Made by a program: the position numbers and the translations under genes. Shown here in pieces: positions 39,031-48,623 of a stretch of 64,000 bases of DNA. The stretch covers positions 863 to 64,862 of the forward strand of contig CAZJUH010000001.1 of the NCBI GenBank assembly GCA_964549165.1, read 5' to 3'. Each line of letters begins with the position of its first letter. Within the stretch, counting starts at the first letter, position 1. Under the pieces are notes generated by a model. That model was not told where the DNA came from, made no database searches, and was given only the letters and a program-made list of their open reading frames with translations. Source of the DNA: an uncultured Gammaproteobacteria bacterium (GTDB taxonomy: Bacteria > Patescibacteriota > Microgenomatia > UBA12405).

Positions 39031-39390
39031 TTATATCAATTCCAACCCTTTAATCCTCTCAAAATGTTTTTTGTTTAAAGTCCATAAAACCATTTTGTTT
39101 TCAAGCGCGCTACAAGCAATCAAAAGATCATTATCGGCAATTGGATTATTTTTTAATTTAACCTTAAGTTTCGCATAAAACTTACTTGTTACCATATTTA
39201 TATCAACAACAAAAATATTTTTGCTTTCCAAAAAAATATCAAATTCCTCTAATTTCTTTCCCATATTTTCCAATCCATATGCTAATTCTCCATAAACAAT
39301 TGGATTAATAAAATATTCCATTTCAGAATCTAACCCTATTCTTTTTCTTATTATTTCAATCAATACACAAGAATCAAGCAGTATCTTCAT
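39031..39390 (-). CDS. PIN-domain VapC toxin
   Basis: ILLDSCVLI, ELAYG, DLLIA, TLNKKHF. Confidence 0.88.
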   Translation of the reverse strand: MKILLDSCVLIEIIRKRIGLDSEMEYFINPIVYGELAYGLENMGKKLEEFDIFLESKNIFVVDINMVTSKFYAKLKVKLKNNPIADNDLLIACSALENKMVLWTLNKKHFERIKGLELI

Positions 39391-39614
39391 TAGAAATTAA
39401 ATTTAAACGAATCTCTAAATTCCTTCATTCCTTTTTCCAACTTCTCGAATTCGCTAGCCGATAAATTCATTTCAAAATCATTGTAAATTGGAGTTACATA
39501 AACTGCCGGTCTTCCAGCTCTTTTTACTAATATTTTCTTTTTGGTAGAGATTACTCTGTTAATCATTTCTCCAAAATTATTTTTAGCATAAGTTGCTGTT
39601 ACTGTTGTCATCAT
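39390..39614 (-). CDS. Phd/YefM-family antitoxin
   Basis: VTATYAKNNFGEMINRV...VKRAGRPAV. Confidence 0.85.
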   Translation of the reverse strand: MMTTVTATYAKNNFGEMINRVISTKKKILVKRAGRPAVYVTPIYNDFEMNLSASEFEKLEKGMKEFRDSFKFNF

Positions 39615-39648
39615 TAGCTATTTTAGCTAAATTAGCCATTTTTGTCAA
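39614..39648 (-). promoter_or_regulatory. Leaderless sigma70 promoter with TTAGC(T/C)A x3 operator
   Basis: TTGACA-17-TAAAAT 5 nt before ATG; three repeats at 9-nt period. Confidence 0.65.
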
Positions 39649-39746
39649 TATAAAAACAATTTAATCCCATTAAACCCCTTGGTCATATATAATCCTCTTA
39701 TATTCATTTTTCTAGAATCTCGAATCTAGAATCTAATCTCTATCCT

Positions 39747-40673
39747 ATGCATTTAGTTATCATCGATGGTCATGCCATTGCCCACCGAGCCTATCATTCC
39801 ATTCCTCCTCTCACTCTCAATGGTCAACCGGTCAATGCTCTCTATGGTTTTTATTCCATGATTTTGTCCTCAATTGATCAGTTAAAACCTGACTATTTAT
39901 TGGTCTGTCTCGATTCCCCAGGCCCTACTTTTCGTAACGAAGAATTTCTTGGTTATCGCGCCAAGCGTCAGCCAGCCGATCGTGATCTAATTTCTCAACT
40001 ACCGCTTTTGTCGGAAACTTTAGACAAAACTGGTATTCCAAATATTTCCATGGGTGGTTTTGAAGCCGATGATTTAATTGGAACTCTCACTAAAAAAGCC
40101 CAAAAGAAAAAATTTATTAATCAAATTACTATCATTACCGGTGATAAAGATTTAATGCAGTTAGTCAACAAAAAAGTCTCCCTTTTTGTTCCAGTTCGTG
40201 GCCTTTCCGAAACCAAAACCTATCACTCCGACGAAGTCAAAGAAAAATTAGGGGTTACCCCCGCTCAAGTTATCGACTTAAAAGCCCTGATGGGGGATAT
40301 GTCCGATTCTTATCCTGGTGTCACTGGTATTGGCCCCAAAACTGCCATCGATCTTCTGGAAAAATATCAAGACTTGGACAATATTTATGCCCACCTTGAT
40401 GAAATCGGCGACAATGTCAGAGAAAAATTAATTAAAGATAAAGATAATGCCTATATGTCGCAAAAATTAGCCACCATTATTTGTAACATTCCTCTAAAAT
40501 TTAAATTTAAAAAAGCTCGTTTGAACAATGATAAATTTCTCGGTCTCCTCTCACTTTTTGAAGAATATAATTTCAAATCCCTTTCAGCTCGTCTTAAAAG
40601 AAAATTAAACTATTCCACCGAAATTAAAGTTTCAAAACCAAAAGTTGATTCAAACCAAACATCTCTTTTCTAA
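39747..40673 (+). CDS. Stand-alone 5'-3' exonuclease/flap endonuclease (PolI N-terminal-like)
   Basis: IDGH.IAHRAYH, GFEADDLIG, TGDKDL, GD.SDSYPGV.GIGPKTA; ends QTSLF. Confidence 0.9.
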   Translation: MHLVIIDGHAIAHRAYHSIPPLTLNGQPVNALYGFYSMILSSIDQLKPDYLLVCLDSPGPTFRNEEFLGYRAKRQPADRDLISQLPLLSETLDKTGIPNISMGGFEADDLIGTLTKKAQKKKFINQITIITGDKDLMQLVNKKVSLFVPVRGLSETKTYHSDEVKEKLGVTPAQVIDLKALMGDMSDSYPGVTGIGPKTAIDLLEKYQDLDNIYAHLDEIGDNVREKLIKDKDNAYMSQKLATIICNIPLKFKFKKARLNNDKFLGLLSLFEEYNFKSLSARLKRKLNYSTEIKVSKPKVDSNQTSLF

Positions 40674-40674
40674 G

Positions 40675-40717
40675 CCTCCTTTCCTCAAAGGAGGTGGCCC
40701 GCAAGGCCGGTGGGTTT
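40675..40717. repeat. Hairpin element family B, intergenic
   Basis: cctcctttcctcaaaggagg-tggcccgcaaggccggtgggttt. Confidence 0.75.
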
Positions 40718-40735
40718 AATTTGTTATCATAACTC

Positions 40736-41830
40736 ATGCGCATTGCTCTTGTTCACGATTTTATTAGTGAATTTGGTGGTGCCGAACGGGTTCTTCTCGC
40801 TCTTTCCGAGGCTTATCCAGAGGCTCCAATTTATACTGCTTTTTGTAAACGGGGTTCTCCGGCTTGGGAACGTTTTAAAAATAAAGATCTCCGACCCTCT
40901 TGGGCGCAATATATTCCTTTTTTTAATCGTCTCTACAGCCCTCTCCGTTTTTTAACCCCCCTAATTTGGGGAAGTTTTAATTTCAAAGATTATGATGTTA
41001 TTTTAAGTTCCTCTTCTTGGTTTATTACCAAAGGTTTTCGTAAAGGTCCGAATACTAAAGAAATTTGTTATTGTCACACCCCTCCCCGTTGGCTTTATGG
41101 TTTTAAAACTTCAGTTGAATTACAACGTTACTGGATAGTTAGACTTTATGCCCATGTAGTGGGACATTTCATGCGTCTCTATGATTTTTCCGCCGCTCAA
41201 AAAGTTACCCAATTTATTGCTAATTCTAAAAATGTTGCCGACCGTATTCAAAAATATTATCGTCGCGATTCAATAGTCATTTATCCTCCAGTCTCCTTAC
41301 CTCATGTCGATAATCTTCCTCAAAAACAAGATTATTATTTGATCATTACCCGTATTGTTGGTGCCAAAGGACTCGATCTTGCTGTCCACGCTGCTATGGA
41401 ATTGGGAATTCATTTAAAAATCGCCGGAAAAGCTACTGGTCTTTACACTGAATATAAAAATCTCCAAGAAATTAGTAAAAAAAATGTCGAATTTTTAGGT
41501 TATGTTTCTGATGAAGAGTTAGTTCGTCTCTATGCTGGTGCCAAAGCTTTTTTAGTTCTTTCCATCGACGAGGATTTTGGTATTACTCCGGTTGAGTCAA
41601 TGCTTATGGGAACTCCAGTCATTGCCTACCACGGCGGGGGATATTTAGAAACTGTTATTGAGGGTAAAACAGGTATTTTCTTTAATGAACCAACAGTAGA
41701 TTCTTTAAAAACTGCTATCAAAAAATTTGAAACCATGAAATTTGATCCCCAAAACTGTATCGCTCAAGCCCAAAATTTTTCCAAAGAAAAATTTATTGAG
41801 AAAATCAAAAAACTAGTTTTTTCTTTTTAG
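40736..41830 (+). CDS. Glycosyltransferase family 4
   Basis: GGAERV, EDFGITPVESM..GTPVIA. Confidence 0.9.
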   Translation: MRIALVHDFISEFGGAERVLLALSEAYPEAPIYTAFCKRGSPAWERFKNKDLRPSWAQYIPFFNRLYSPLRFLTPLIWGSFNFKDYDVILSSSSWFITKGFRKGPNTKEICYCHTPPRWLYGFKTSVELQRYWIVRLYAHVVGHFMRLYDFSAAQKVTQFIANSKNVADRIQKYYRRDSIVIYPPVSLPHVDNLPQKQDYYLIITRIVGAKGLDLAVHAAMELGIHLKIAGKATGLYTEYKNLQEISKKNVEFLGYVSDEELVRLYAGAKAFLVLSIDEDFGITPVESMLMGTPVIAYHGGGYLETVIEGKTGIFFNEPTVDSLKTAIKKFETMKFDPQNCIAQAQNFSKEKFIEKIKKLVFSF

Positions 41831-42223
41831 TTTTTCCCATACCATTTCCATATTTTTATCAAAAGTCATTAGTTCAATTTTGTTTTCCAAACAATATTCA
41901 ATCAATTCAGTGTCAACTACTCCAATCTCAGGATATTTTTCAAACATTTTTATTATTTTTTCATCAACTATAATGGGTATTTCTAAAATTTTGTATTTTT
42001 TAGAATTATAAAGTTCTTTTCTAACGATTTTTTCGCCACTTAAACCTCCTCGATATTTAATCAAAGACAATACTTCCAAAAGTACCAAAGGATGGATCAT
42101 TAATATTGCATCTTCTTTTTTCGCCACTTCAACCATCAGTTTCCGAGCTTTATCATATAATCTGTCACTATTTACAAAAATTGCATATAGAACACTAGTA
42201 TCAACGAGATAATTCTTTTCCAT
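41813..42223 (-). CDS. PIN-domain toxin
   Basis: YLVDTSVL, E, VVD, MTFD motifs; overlaps upstream antitoxin. Confidence 0.8.
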   Translation of the reverse strand: MEKNYLVDTSVLYAIFVNSDRLYDKARKLMVEVAKKEDAILMIHPLVLLEVLSLIKYRGGLSGEKIVRKELYNSKKYKILEIPIIVDEKIIKMFEKYPEIGVVDTELIEYCLENKIELMTFDKNMEMVWEKLKRKN

Positions 42224-42506
42224 TTCTATCAACCCCATAAACTATTCTATCAATTTCATTAACCAATTCTTCTGCATTTTTTGCTTCAGTTTTTAAATTT
42301 ATCTGTCGTCTTACTTTATCCATTGATTCTAAAATATTAGTAGCCATATTTTTTCTATTAATAGTTTTTTCAATAGTGTTAGGCACAAACCATCCCACAA
42401 TCTTTTTCCCTTTAGTTACACCTATTTGCTTCTGTTTCTTTGTTGCCAAATCAATATAGTTAAAAATATCATTTCTAAAATTAGACACCGACACATTATT
42501 CAACAT
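42201..42506 (-). CDS. Phd-like antitoxin
   Basis: VSVSNFRNDIFNYID...IGVTKGKKIVG; upstream of PIN gene. Confidence 0.7.
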   Translation of the reverse strand: MLNNVSVSNFRNDIFNYIDLATKKQKQIGVTKGKKIVGWFVPNTIEKTINRKNMATNILESMDKVRRQINLKTEAKNAEELVNEIDRIVYGVDRNGKELSR

Positions 42507-42512
42507 AAATAT

Positions 42513-42552
42513 ATTTTATGACCAGATGTACATCATGTCAATACCATGTACA
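42513..42552 (-). promoter_or_regulatory. Leaderless promoter with palindromic operator
   Basis: TTGACA-17-TAAAAT; GATGTACATC in spacer, second TGTACA upstream. Confidence 0.6.
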
Positions 42553-42560
42553 GTAGTTTT

Positions 42561-44372
42561 CTAATCCTTATACCCCTTCGCCTGAGCATTAAACATTTTT
42601 GAGTATTTACCATTATTTTTTATCAACTCTTGGTGACTTCCATGTTCCACCACTTTTCCCCCATCGATTACATAAATTTGATTAGCATTTCTCACTGTTG
42701 AAAAACGATGTGATACCAAAACCAAAGTTTTATTTCTATAAATTTTTTGTAAGTTAGCAAATATTTCCATCTCCGCCTCCGCATCAATGGCACTAGTCGG
42801 TTCATCTAAAATTAAAAGGGGAGCTTGTTCATAAAATGCCCGAGCTATGGCCAATTTTTGCCATTGTCCTCCGGATATTTCTTCACCATCATCAAATTCT
42901 CTTCCCAATATTTGATCATATTTATCAGGAAATTTTTCAATAAAACTTGCCGCTCCAGCTTGTGTTGCCGCCAACTTCATTTTTTCTTCATCGTCTAAGT
43001 TGGGGTCGCCCATCACTATATTTTCTTTGACTGTAAAGTGGAATTGGGCAAAACTTTGAAATAACGTTCCCATTAAACTATATAAATCTTTTTTAGAAAT
43101 ATCCTTAACATTAATACCATTAATTAATATTTCCCCCTCATCAACATCGTAAAATCGGCATAAAAGTTTAATTAGAGTTGATTTGCCAGCTCCATTTATT
43201 CCCACCAACGCCACGTTTGTTCCTGCTTCAATTACAATATTAATTTTATTCAATATCATCACTTCTGTTCCTGGGTATTTAAAGTTGACGCCCTTAAACT
43301 CAACCCGAGGCGCTTTCTTAATGTCAATTTTAGTTGTCTCCAGCTTTTCCTTTACCAAGTCTGGCAATTCCATTACCTGTCTAAAATCATTTATATACAA
43401 ATTATTTGCAAACACCTCACCTAAATTTATAGCTGTATTTACGACATTACTTTGTAAATTCAAAACCATATCTATAAATAACACCAAAGATCCTATTGTA
43501 ATTGCTCCCGATGTTACCCCAGAGATTTGTAAATAAACCAAAGTCAAACCAAATAAAACTTCCCAGGAGTTAAGTCCGAACCAAATTATCAAATATTTAT
43601 CTAAGGGTTTTTTAAACATCTCATACAACTCACCTTGAATATTTTTCATTTTATTCATCAAGTATTCAGCTGATTGAAACACCCTTATTTCTTTTAAAAT
43701 ATTTGGTTCCGTAAAAATCCATTCAAAGTACCATAATCTTCTTGCTTTTGGTGCTCCACCTCCATAAATAGACCATTGAATTGTTCCCAATTTTGTCTGT
43801 GACCACAGTCTTGGTAAACAAGCAATTATTACTAAAATCGGCCACCACCATCCAAAAGTGCCCAATACTATTCCTGCTGAAATCAATATCGTTATTGATC
43901 TGGTGGTGTATGAGAGGGTTCTTAGCTCTTCAGTTAGTTTCCAGGTTTTGGTATCTCTTGTTTTGGTAATTAAATTTTGTGCCTTAGGGTCTTCAAAATA
44001 AGCCGCGTCCATTGTTGTCATTTTTTGATTAAAATGGTAGTTAATTGCATTTTGCATTTTCGATCTCAATAAATAGTCCAAATAAGAAGTATTACCTATC
44101 CAATAAATCACTCCTTCAAACCAAATCATGACAAAACGTAAACCAATTAAAAACATTATCATTCCCACAGCATTCGATAAATTTAACTGATTTTTATTTA
44201 AAAAATCGATTAAATATTTTGTTACCACTCCTACACCCACTGGCATTAATGATCCCATCATTGCCGTCAGATAATACGCCGCCACTAATTTTCTATCCGT
44301 ATCCCAGGCCAACTTTAACAGGAATTTTATATTTTTCCCTGCGTTCAATAATATTTGTAACTTTTTATTCAC
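42561..44372 (-). CDS. ABC exporter, fused permease/ATPase
   Basis: GINGAGKS, ISGGQWQK, ILDEPT, SHRFST. Confidence 0.92.
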   Translation of the reverse strand: MNKKLQILLNAGKNIKFLLKLAWDTDRKLVAAYYLTAMMGSLMPVGVGVVTKYLIDFLNKNQLNLSNAVGMIMFLIGLRFVMIWFEGVIYWIGNTSYLDYLLRSKMQNAINYHFNQKMTTMDAAYFEDPKAQNLITKTRDTKTWKLTEELRTLSYTTRSITILISAGIVLGTFGWWWPILVIIACLPRLWSQTKLGTIQWSIYGGGAPKARRLWYFEWIFTEPNILKEIRVFQSAEYLMNKMKNIQGELYEMFKKPLDKYLIIWFGLNSWEVLFGLTLVYLQISGVTSGAITIGSLVLFIDMVLNLQSNVVNTAINLGEVFANNLYINDFRQVMELPDLVKEKLETTKIDIKKAPRVEFKGVNFKYPGTEVMILNKINIVIEAGTNVALVGINGAGKSTLIKLLCRFYDVDEGEILINGINVKDISKKDLYSLMGTLFQSFAQFHFTVKENIVMGDPNLDDEEKMKLAATQAGAASFIEKFPDKYDQILGREFDDGEEISGGQWQKLAIARAFYEQAPLLILDEPTSAIDAEAEMEIFANLQKIYRNKTLVLVSHRFSTVRNANQIYVIDGGKVVEHGSHQELIKNNGKYSKMFNAQAKGYKD

Positions 44373-44500
44373 AATTCAAATTATAAACCAAAACCCAATA
44401 GTTACGTCATTTTACCTGTCCCTACACCTATTACTAATAAACTAATTAAAATTATTTTTTTCATTTTTTTTACTATTTATCTATTAATCTATTCAACTAA

Positions 44501-45463
44501 TTATCTGTTATTAAGCCATCTTTCTACATCAATCGCCGCTTTAGCCCCGGATCCGGCCGCCACAATTGCCTGTCGGTAACTTTCATCCATACAGTCCCCC
44601 GCGGCAAAAATTCCTTCAACTGAAGTCATTGACGGATACTCAATATTTTTACTAACCACTACATATCCATTTTCTTTTAATTCAATTAGATTCTTCGCAA
44701 AACCTGTCGCTGGAATTCTTCCAATTGCCACAAACAACCCATCAATTTCCAGAGTTTTTTCTTCTCCTGTCTTCAAATTTTTTACTCTAATATTTTGTAA
44801 TTTGTCATTAGTAATTGGTAATTGGTAATTGATTTCCGTCACCACTGTATCCCAAATTATTTCTATAGCCTTATTTTCCATCACTCTTTTAGCTTCTATT
44901 GGGCTGGCCCGCAATTCGCACCGACGGTGAAACATATAAACTTTTTTACAAATTTTTGCTAAATAATGAGCTTCTTCACAGGCGACATTACCGCCTCCCA
45001 CCACCGCCACTGTTTTATCTTTAAAAAATAACCCATCGCAGGTGGCACAACCCGAAACTCCTCTGCCAATTAATTCCTTCTCTTTAGGTAAATCCAGCCA
45101 CTTTGCTCCCGCCCCGGTAGCCACAATAACCGCCCTAGTTTTCAATATTTCTCCATTATCCAATTTTATTTCAAATCTAGAATCTTGTTTCTCGTCTCTA
45201 GAATCTATTTTTGTGACATTGCCATATTTAATCTCTACCCCTAAATTTTTTACCTGTTGCTGCATATCCATCATTAATTTCAAACCGCCAACGCCATTGG
45301 GAAAACCGGGATAATTCTCCACTACTGTCGTTACTGTCAATTGTCCACCTGGAATATTACCCGAAATTACCACTGTTTTTAAAAACGCTCTCACATTATA
45401 AATTGCCGCCGTCAGTCCCGCTGGTCCTGAACCAATGATAATCGTATCGTATATCTGTTCCAT
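44501..45463 (-). CDS. trxB: Thioredoxin-disulfide reductase
   Basis: GSGPAGLTAA, CATCDG, GGGN, IFAAGD. Confidence 0.96.
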   Translation of the reverse strand: MEQIYDTIIIGSGPAGLTAAIYNVRAFLKTVVISGNIPGGQLTVTTVVENYPGFPNGVGGLKLMMDMQQQVKNLGVEIKYGNVTKIDSRDEKQDSRFEIKLDNGEILKTRAVIVATGAGAKWLDLPKEKELIGRGVSGCATCDGLFFKDKTVAVVGGGNVACEEAHYLAKICKKVYMFHRRCELRASPIEAKRVMENKAIEIIWDTVVTEINYQLPITNDKLQNIRVKNLKTGEEKTLEIDGLFVAIGRIPATGFAKNLIELKENGYVVVSKNIEYPSMTSVEGIFAAGDCMDESYRQAIVAAGSGAKAAIDVERWLNNR

Positions 45464-45465
45464 AT

Positions 45466-45576
45466 TTATAATTCGATGCTAAATAATAAGGCTGGTTTAC
45501 CCGTCCGAAGCTCAATAGCGAAGGAGGGTCCTGAACCAATGATAATCGTATCGTAAATATTTTTATTTTCGTCCAT
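45466..45576 (-). pseudogene. Duplicated trxB 5' end interrupted by a 33-nt hairpin element (36-aa mini ORF)
   Basis: 29-nt exact repeat 45423-45451 / 45527-45555; translates MDENKNIYDTIIIGSG-PSFAIELRTGK-PALLFSIEL*. Confidence 0.85.
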
Positions 45577-45711
45577 GTTCCTATTTTACAGTAAAAGTCA
45601 AATATGTTTAAAAACTTATTTCTTCTCTTTAGTTTTTATAATTTAGAATTTTTTGTTTTTTTTATTAGTTACTCATTGATAATTGAAGATTGTCAATTGA
45701 TAATTGAATAG

Positions 45712-46632
45712 ATGTCCCACGAAACTCGCAAAGTTTTTAAATTTGTTTTGAAAATTATTTCCAATCGTACCGGCTTTTTTTTCTGGACCTTTGTTCGTTT
45801 TATTTCCGCCATTCTTCCTTTAATTACTATCTATTTATATTCTTTAGTTATTAAACAATTAGAAACAAATTTATCCTTATCTGCAGTTGTTTTAACCATA
45901 ATTCTTACCTTTATCATTCGAATTATCGATAATTATACCCGTCTTATTTCTATAACCCGTCTCGAGGATGTTATCAGTAATATTGGTTTTGATATTCACA
46001 ATTATTTTTTATCCGATCTGGCTTCTAAAAGTAAGGAAGATCGTCATGCTGCTGTCCAAGCCGTTCGTAATTTTTCCGATGCTAGCAGTGTGACTTTAAA
46101 TTTAATCAAACAACCAGGAATAGACAGTGTTGTTTCTTTTTTATTTATTCCTTTTATTCTACTTTCCCAAGATTTTCCCTCTTTTATTATTACCATTGCC
46201 TACATTGTCATTTATGAGGTTATCGATTTATACACCACTCAACGTTATTTCCAACTTAAGGATATTCAAAATTCTAAAACCGAAGCTTATTATGCCAAAC
46301 TTCAGGATAGTAACGATTTTGATTTGGAACAAACTTCTTATAATCGCCACTTCAATCGTCTCTGCAAATGGGGTTTTACTGAATGGTTTGCTCTCCAAAA
46401 TTCTGCTGTCTTTTTTTATTGTCTAAATTTATTCTATTTGGTTTATCAGGTTTCTACTAATCAAAAAGATATCTCTGATTTAGTTTTAATTATGGGTTAC
46501 GTTACCCAAACTCAAACTTTTCTCAATTCTTTTTCTCAAATCAAAGATTCCCTTACCGACATGAATGTTGGTCTCAAACATTTGGCTAAAAATGAAGCTA
46601 TCTCCGCCATCGATCTAGAAGATTTAATCTAA
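45712..46632 (+). CDS. ABC-exporter transmembrane-domain-only protein
   Basis: Six-TM pattern like ABC_membrane, no NBD. Confidence 0.55.
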   Translation: MSHETRKVFKFVLKIISNRTGFFFWTFVRFISAILPLITIYLYSLVIKQLETNLSLSAVVLTIILTFIIRIIDNYTRLISITRLEDVISNIGFDIHNYFLSDLASKSKEDRHAAVQAVRNFSDASSVTLNLIKQPGIDSVVSFLFIPFILLSQDFPSFIITIAYIVIYEVIDLYTTQRYFQLKDIQNSKTEAYYAKLQDSNDFDLEQTSYNRHFNRLCKWGFTEWFALQNSAVFFYCLNLFYLVYQVSTNQKDISDLVLIMGYVTQTQTFLNSFSQIKDSLTDMNVGLKHLAKNEAISAIDLEDLI

Positions 46633-46684
46633 TGTAAAATAGTCTAATTATTATTTTTTTAGTCTTTAGATTTTTTCTTTCTCT

Positions 46685-47611
46685 ATGCCCGAACTCCCCG
46701 AAGTTGAGGTAGTTAAACTCTTTTTGGAACAAAAACTACTTCATAAAACCATTACCGATTTGGAGATTTTAAATAAAAAACCTGCCCGCCATGGTGGGTC
46801 TTTTATTGGCGATCCAAAAAAAGTTATTAATCAAGAAATAGTTAAGTTTTCTCGGATTGGTAAACAACTTTCTATCTACTTATCTAATCAACTAATCCTC
46901 TTAGTTCACCTTAAAATGACTGGCCAGCTAGTTTTCTGTCCCCCTTCATCAAGGGGGATTAAGGGGGTTTTGCTTGGTCATCCCACTAAAAATGCTTTAG
47001 ATAAATTACCCAACAAATCCACTCGTCTGATTTTCCATTTTAGCCCCCCTTCATCCCTGTCCGCCTTTGGTGGAAAGGGGGATACGGGGGTTTTGTATTT
47101 TAACGATCAGCGTAAATTTGGTTGGATAAAATTATTGTCCCCAGAAGAACTAATTGAATCTCAAAAAAATCTTGGTCTCGACATTTTTGACCCCCAATTT
47201 TCTCCAAAATATATTTTTAACCAGCTTCAAAAATCCCATCGTCCGGTCAAAATTGTGCTTTTAGACCAAAATTTCTTTGCTGGTATTGGCAATATTTATG
47301 CTAATGATGCCTTATTTTTAGCTGGTATTCATCCCAAAACTCCATCTAATAAAATTACCTTAAAACAGGCTAAATTAATCCATAAATTTTTAATTGACAT
47401 TATGAAACAGTCGGTCTTAGCCGGTGGTTCCACCGCTCGTGACAATAAATATGTCCGGCCTGACGGTACCTTTGGTCAAAATCAATTCTTTTTTCGGGTT
47501 TACGAGCGAAAAGGAGAGCCTTGCCTCAAGTGTGGCACCAAGATTGAATATTTTAAACTCGGTGGCCGCGGCACCTTCTTCTGCCCCTACTGTCAATCAT
47601 CTAAAATCTAG
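46685..47611 (+). CDS. mutM: Formamidopyrimidine-DNA glycosylase Fpg
   Basis: MPELPEVE, HLKMTG, DQRKFG, GIGNIYA, C-terminal zinc finger. Confidence 0.96.
   Translation: MPELPEVEVVKLFLEQKLLHKTITDLEILNKKPARHGGSFIGDPKKVINQEIVKFSRIGKQLSIYLSNQLILLVHLKMTGQLVFCPPSSRGIKGVLLGHPTKNALDKLPNKSTRLIFHFSPPSSLSAFGGKGDTGVLYFNDQRKFGWIKLLSPEELIESQKNLGLDIFDPQFSPKYIFNQLQKSHRPVKIVLLDQNFFAGIGNIYANDALFLAGIHPKTPSNKITLKQAKLIHKFLIDIMKQSVLAGGSTARDNKYVRPDGTFGQNQFFFRVYERKGEPCLKCGTKIEYFKLGGRGTFFCPYCQSSKI
46940..47094. repeat. Two family B-like elements in frame in mutM, the second with a nested family A hairpin
   Basis: cccccttcatc|aagggggattaaggggg vs cccccttcatc|cctgtccgcctttggtgga|aagggggatacggggg. Confidence 0.8.
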
Positions 47612-47628
47612 TTTCTATTGTCTAATCT

Positions 47629-48222
47629 CTATTTAATAAGCCCTACCGGCATATACCAGGTAAAAGGTTTTTTACAGAGTGGGCAAGTCACCGGTGGTTT
47701 CTTTCCAAAAAAAGTATAGCCGCAGTTAACACACTTCCATTCCATTTCTGTTTCGCTGTCATACAGAGTTTTATCGTCCATCTTTCGGGCAATAATAATA
47801 TATCTTTCTTCATGTAATTTCTCCACTTCTTTTAATTTTCCAAACAATCTTTCTGCTTCGGCCGCCATAGCTTTAGCGTCGGCGGCGCTCGCTGATTCCT
47901 TTTCCTCTCTCGCCATTTTTTCAAAATCAGGGTACATTGTGGTCCACTCATATTTTTCGCCCTCGGCAGCCATTTTTAAATTCTCTACAGTACTGGTTGA
48001 AAATGGTGCAATTCCTAATTCACCAGTAGTTGTTACTGGTCCGGTAATTAGTTCAAATTCCTCTCCGGCGTGAACTCTCTCATTTTCCGCCGTTTCTTCA
48101 AACACCCTGGCTATCCATTCCAAGTTTTCTTTTCTGGCCATTTTAGCAAACTGAGTGTATTTATTTCTGGCTTGTGACTCACCAGCGAAAGCTTTTAGGA
48201 GGTTTTGTTGTGTTTGACTCAT
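47629..48222 (-). CDS. rbr: Rubrerythrin
   Basis: AFAGESQARNKY, NERVH, GEKYE, VEKLH, CVNCG...CPLC. Confidence 0.93.
   Translation of the reverse strand: MSQTQQNLLKAFAGESQARNKYTQFAKMARKENLEWIARVFEETAENERVHAGEEFELITGPVTTTGELGIAPFSTSTVENLKMAAEGEKYEWTTMYPDFEKMAREEKESASAADAKAMAAEAERLFGKLKEVEKLHEERYIIIARKMDDKTLYDSETEMEWKCVNCGYTFFGKKPPVTCPLCKKPFTWYMPVGLIK
47856..47889. repeat. Hairpin element family C, in frame in rubrerythrin
   Basis: gccgccatagctttagcgtcggcggc; SAADAKAMAAE. Confidence 0.7.
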
Positions 48223-48235
48223 ACTTAATTCTACA

Positions 48236-48268
48236 CCCCTCTTGTTAAAGAGGGGGTTGGGGGAGATT
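48236..48268. repeat. Hairpin element family B, intergenic
   Basis: cccctcttgttaaagagggggttgggggagatt. Confidence 0.8.
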
Positions 48269-48292
48269 GAGAATTTGTACTATAATTATTTT

Positions 48293-48601
48293 ATGAAAGG
48301 TTTTCTTAATTTTATCCGTGAGCAAGGTGTTGTCGGTCTAGCCGTCGGTTTTATTTTCGGTGGTGCTGTGGCTAAATTTGTCACTGCCTTTATTACCGAC
48401 CTAATTAGCCCTATTTTAGGCGTAATTTTAGGTTTAGCTGGTGGTTTAAAAGATGCTTCTCTTAACATTGGTCCGGTTAAATTATTTTATGGCGACTTTA
48501 TTTCTTCGTTTATCGACTTTTTAGTTATCGCCTTTGTAGTTTATTTTGGGGTCAAACTACTCCGTCTCGATCGTTTAGATAAGCCAAAATCTTCTAAATA
48601 A
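48293..48601 (+). CDS. mscL: Large-conductance mechanosensitive channel (start moved to ATG 48293)
   Basis: FLNFIRE.GVVGLAVGFIFG, YGDFISSFIDFL. Confidence 0.9.
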   Translation: MKGFLNFIREQGVVGLAVGFIFGGAVAKFVTAFITDLISPILGVILGLAGGLKDASLNIGPVKLFYGDFISSFIDFLVIAFVVYFGVKLLRLDRLDKPKSSK

Positions 48602-48623
48602 AAAATGTTAAAATTCAAACCAT

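Noticed and set aside
48242-48292. N-terminal extension of mscL
   Set aside because: Overlaps a family B hairpin and the -10 box; MscL homology starts at 48293
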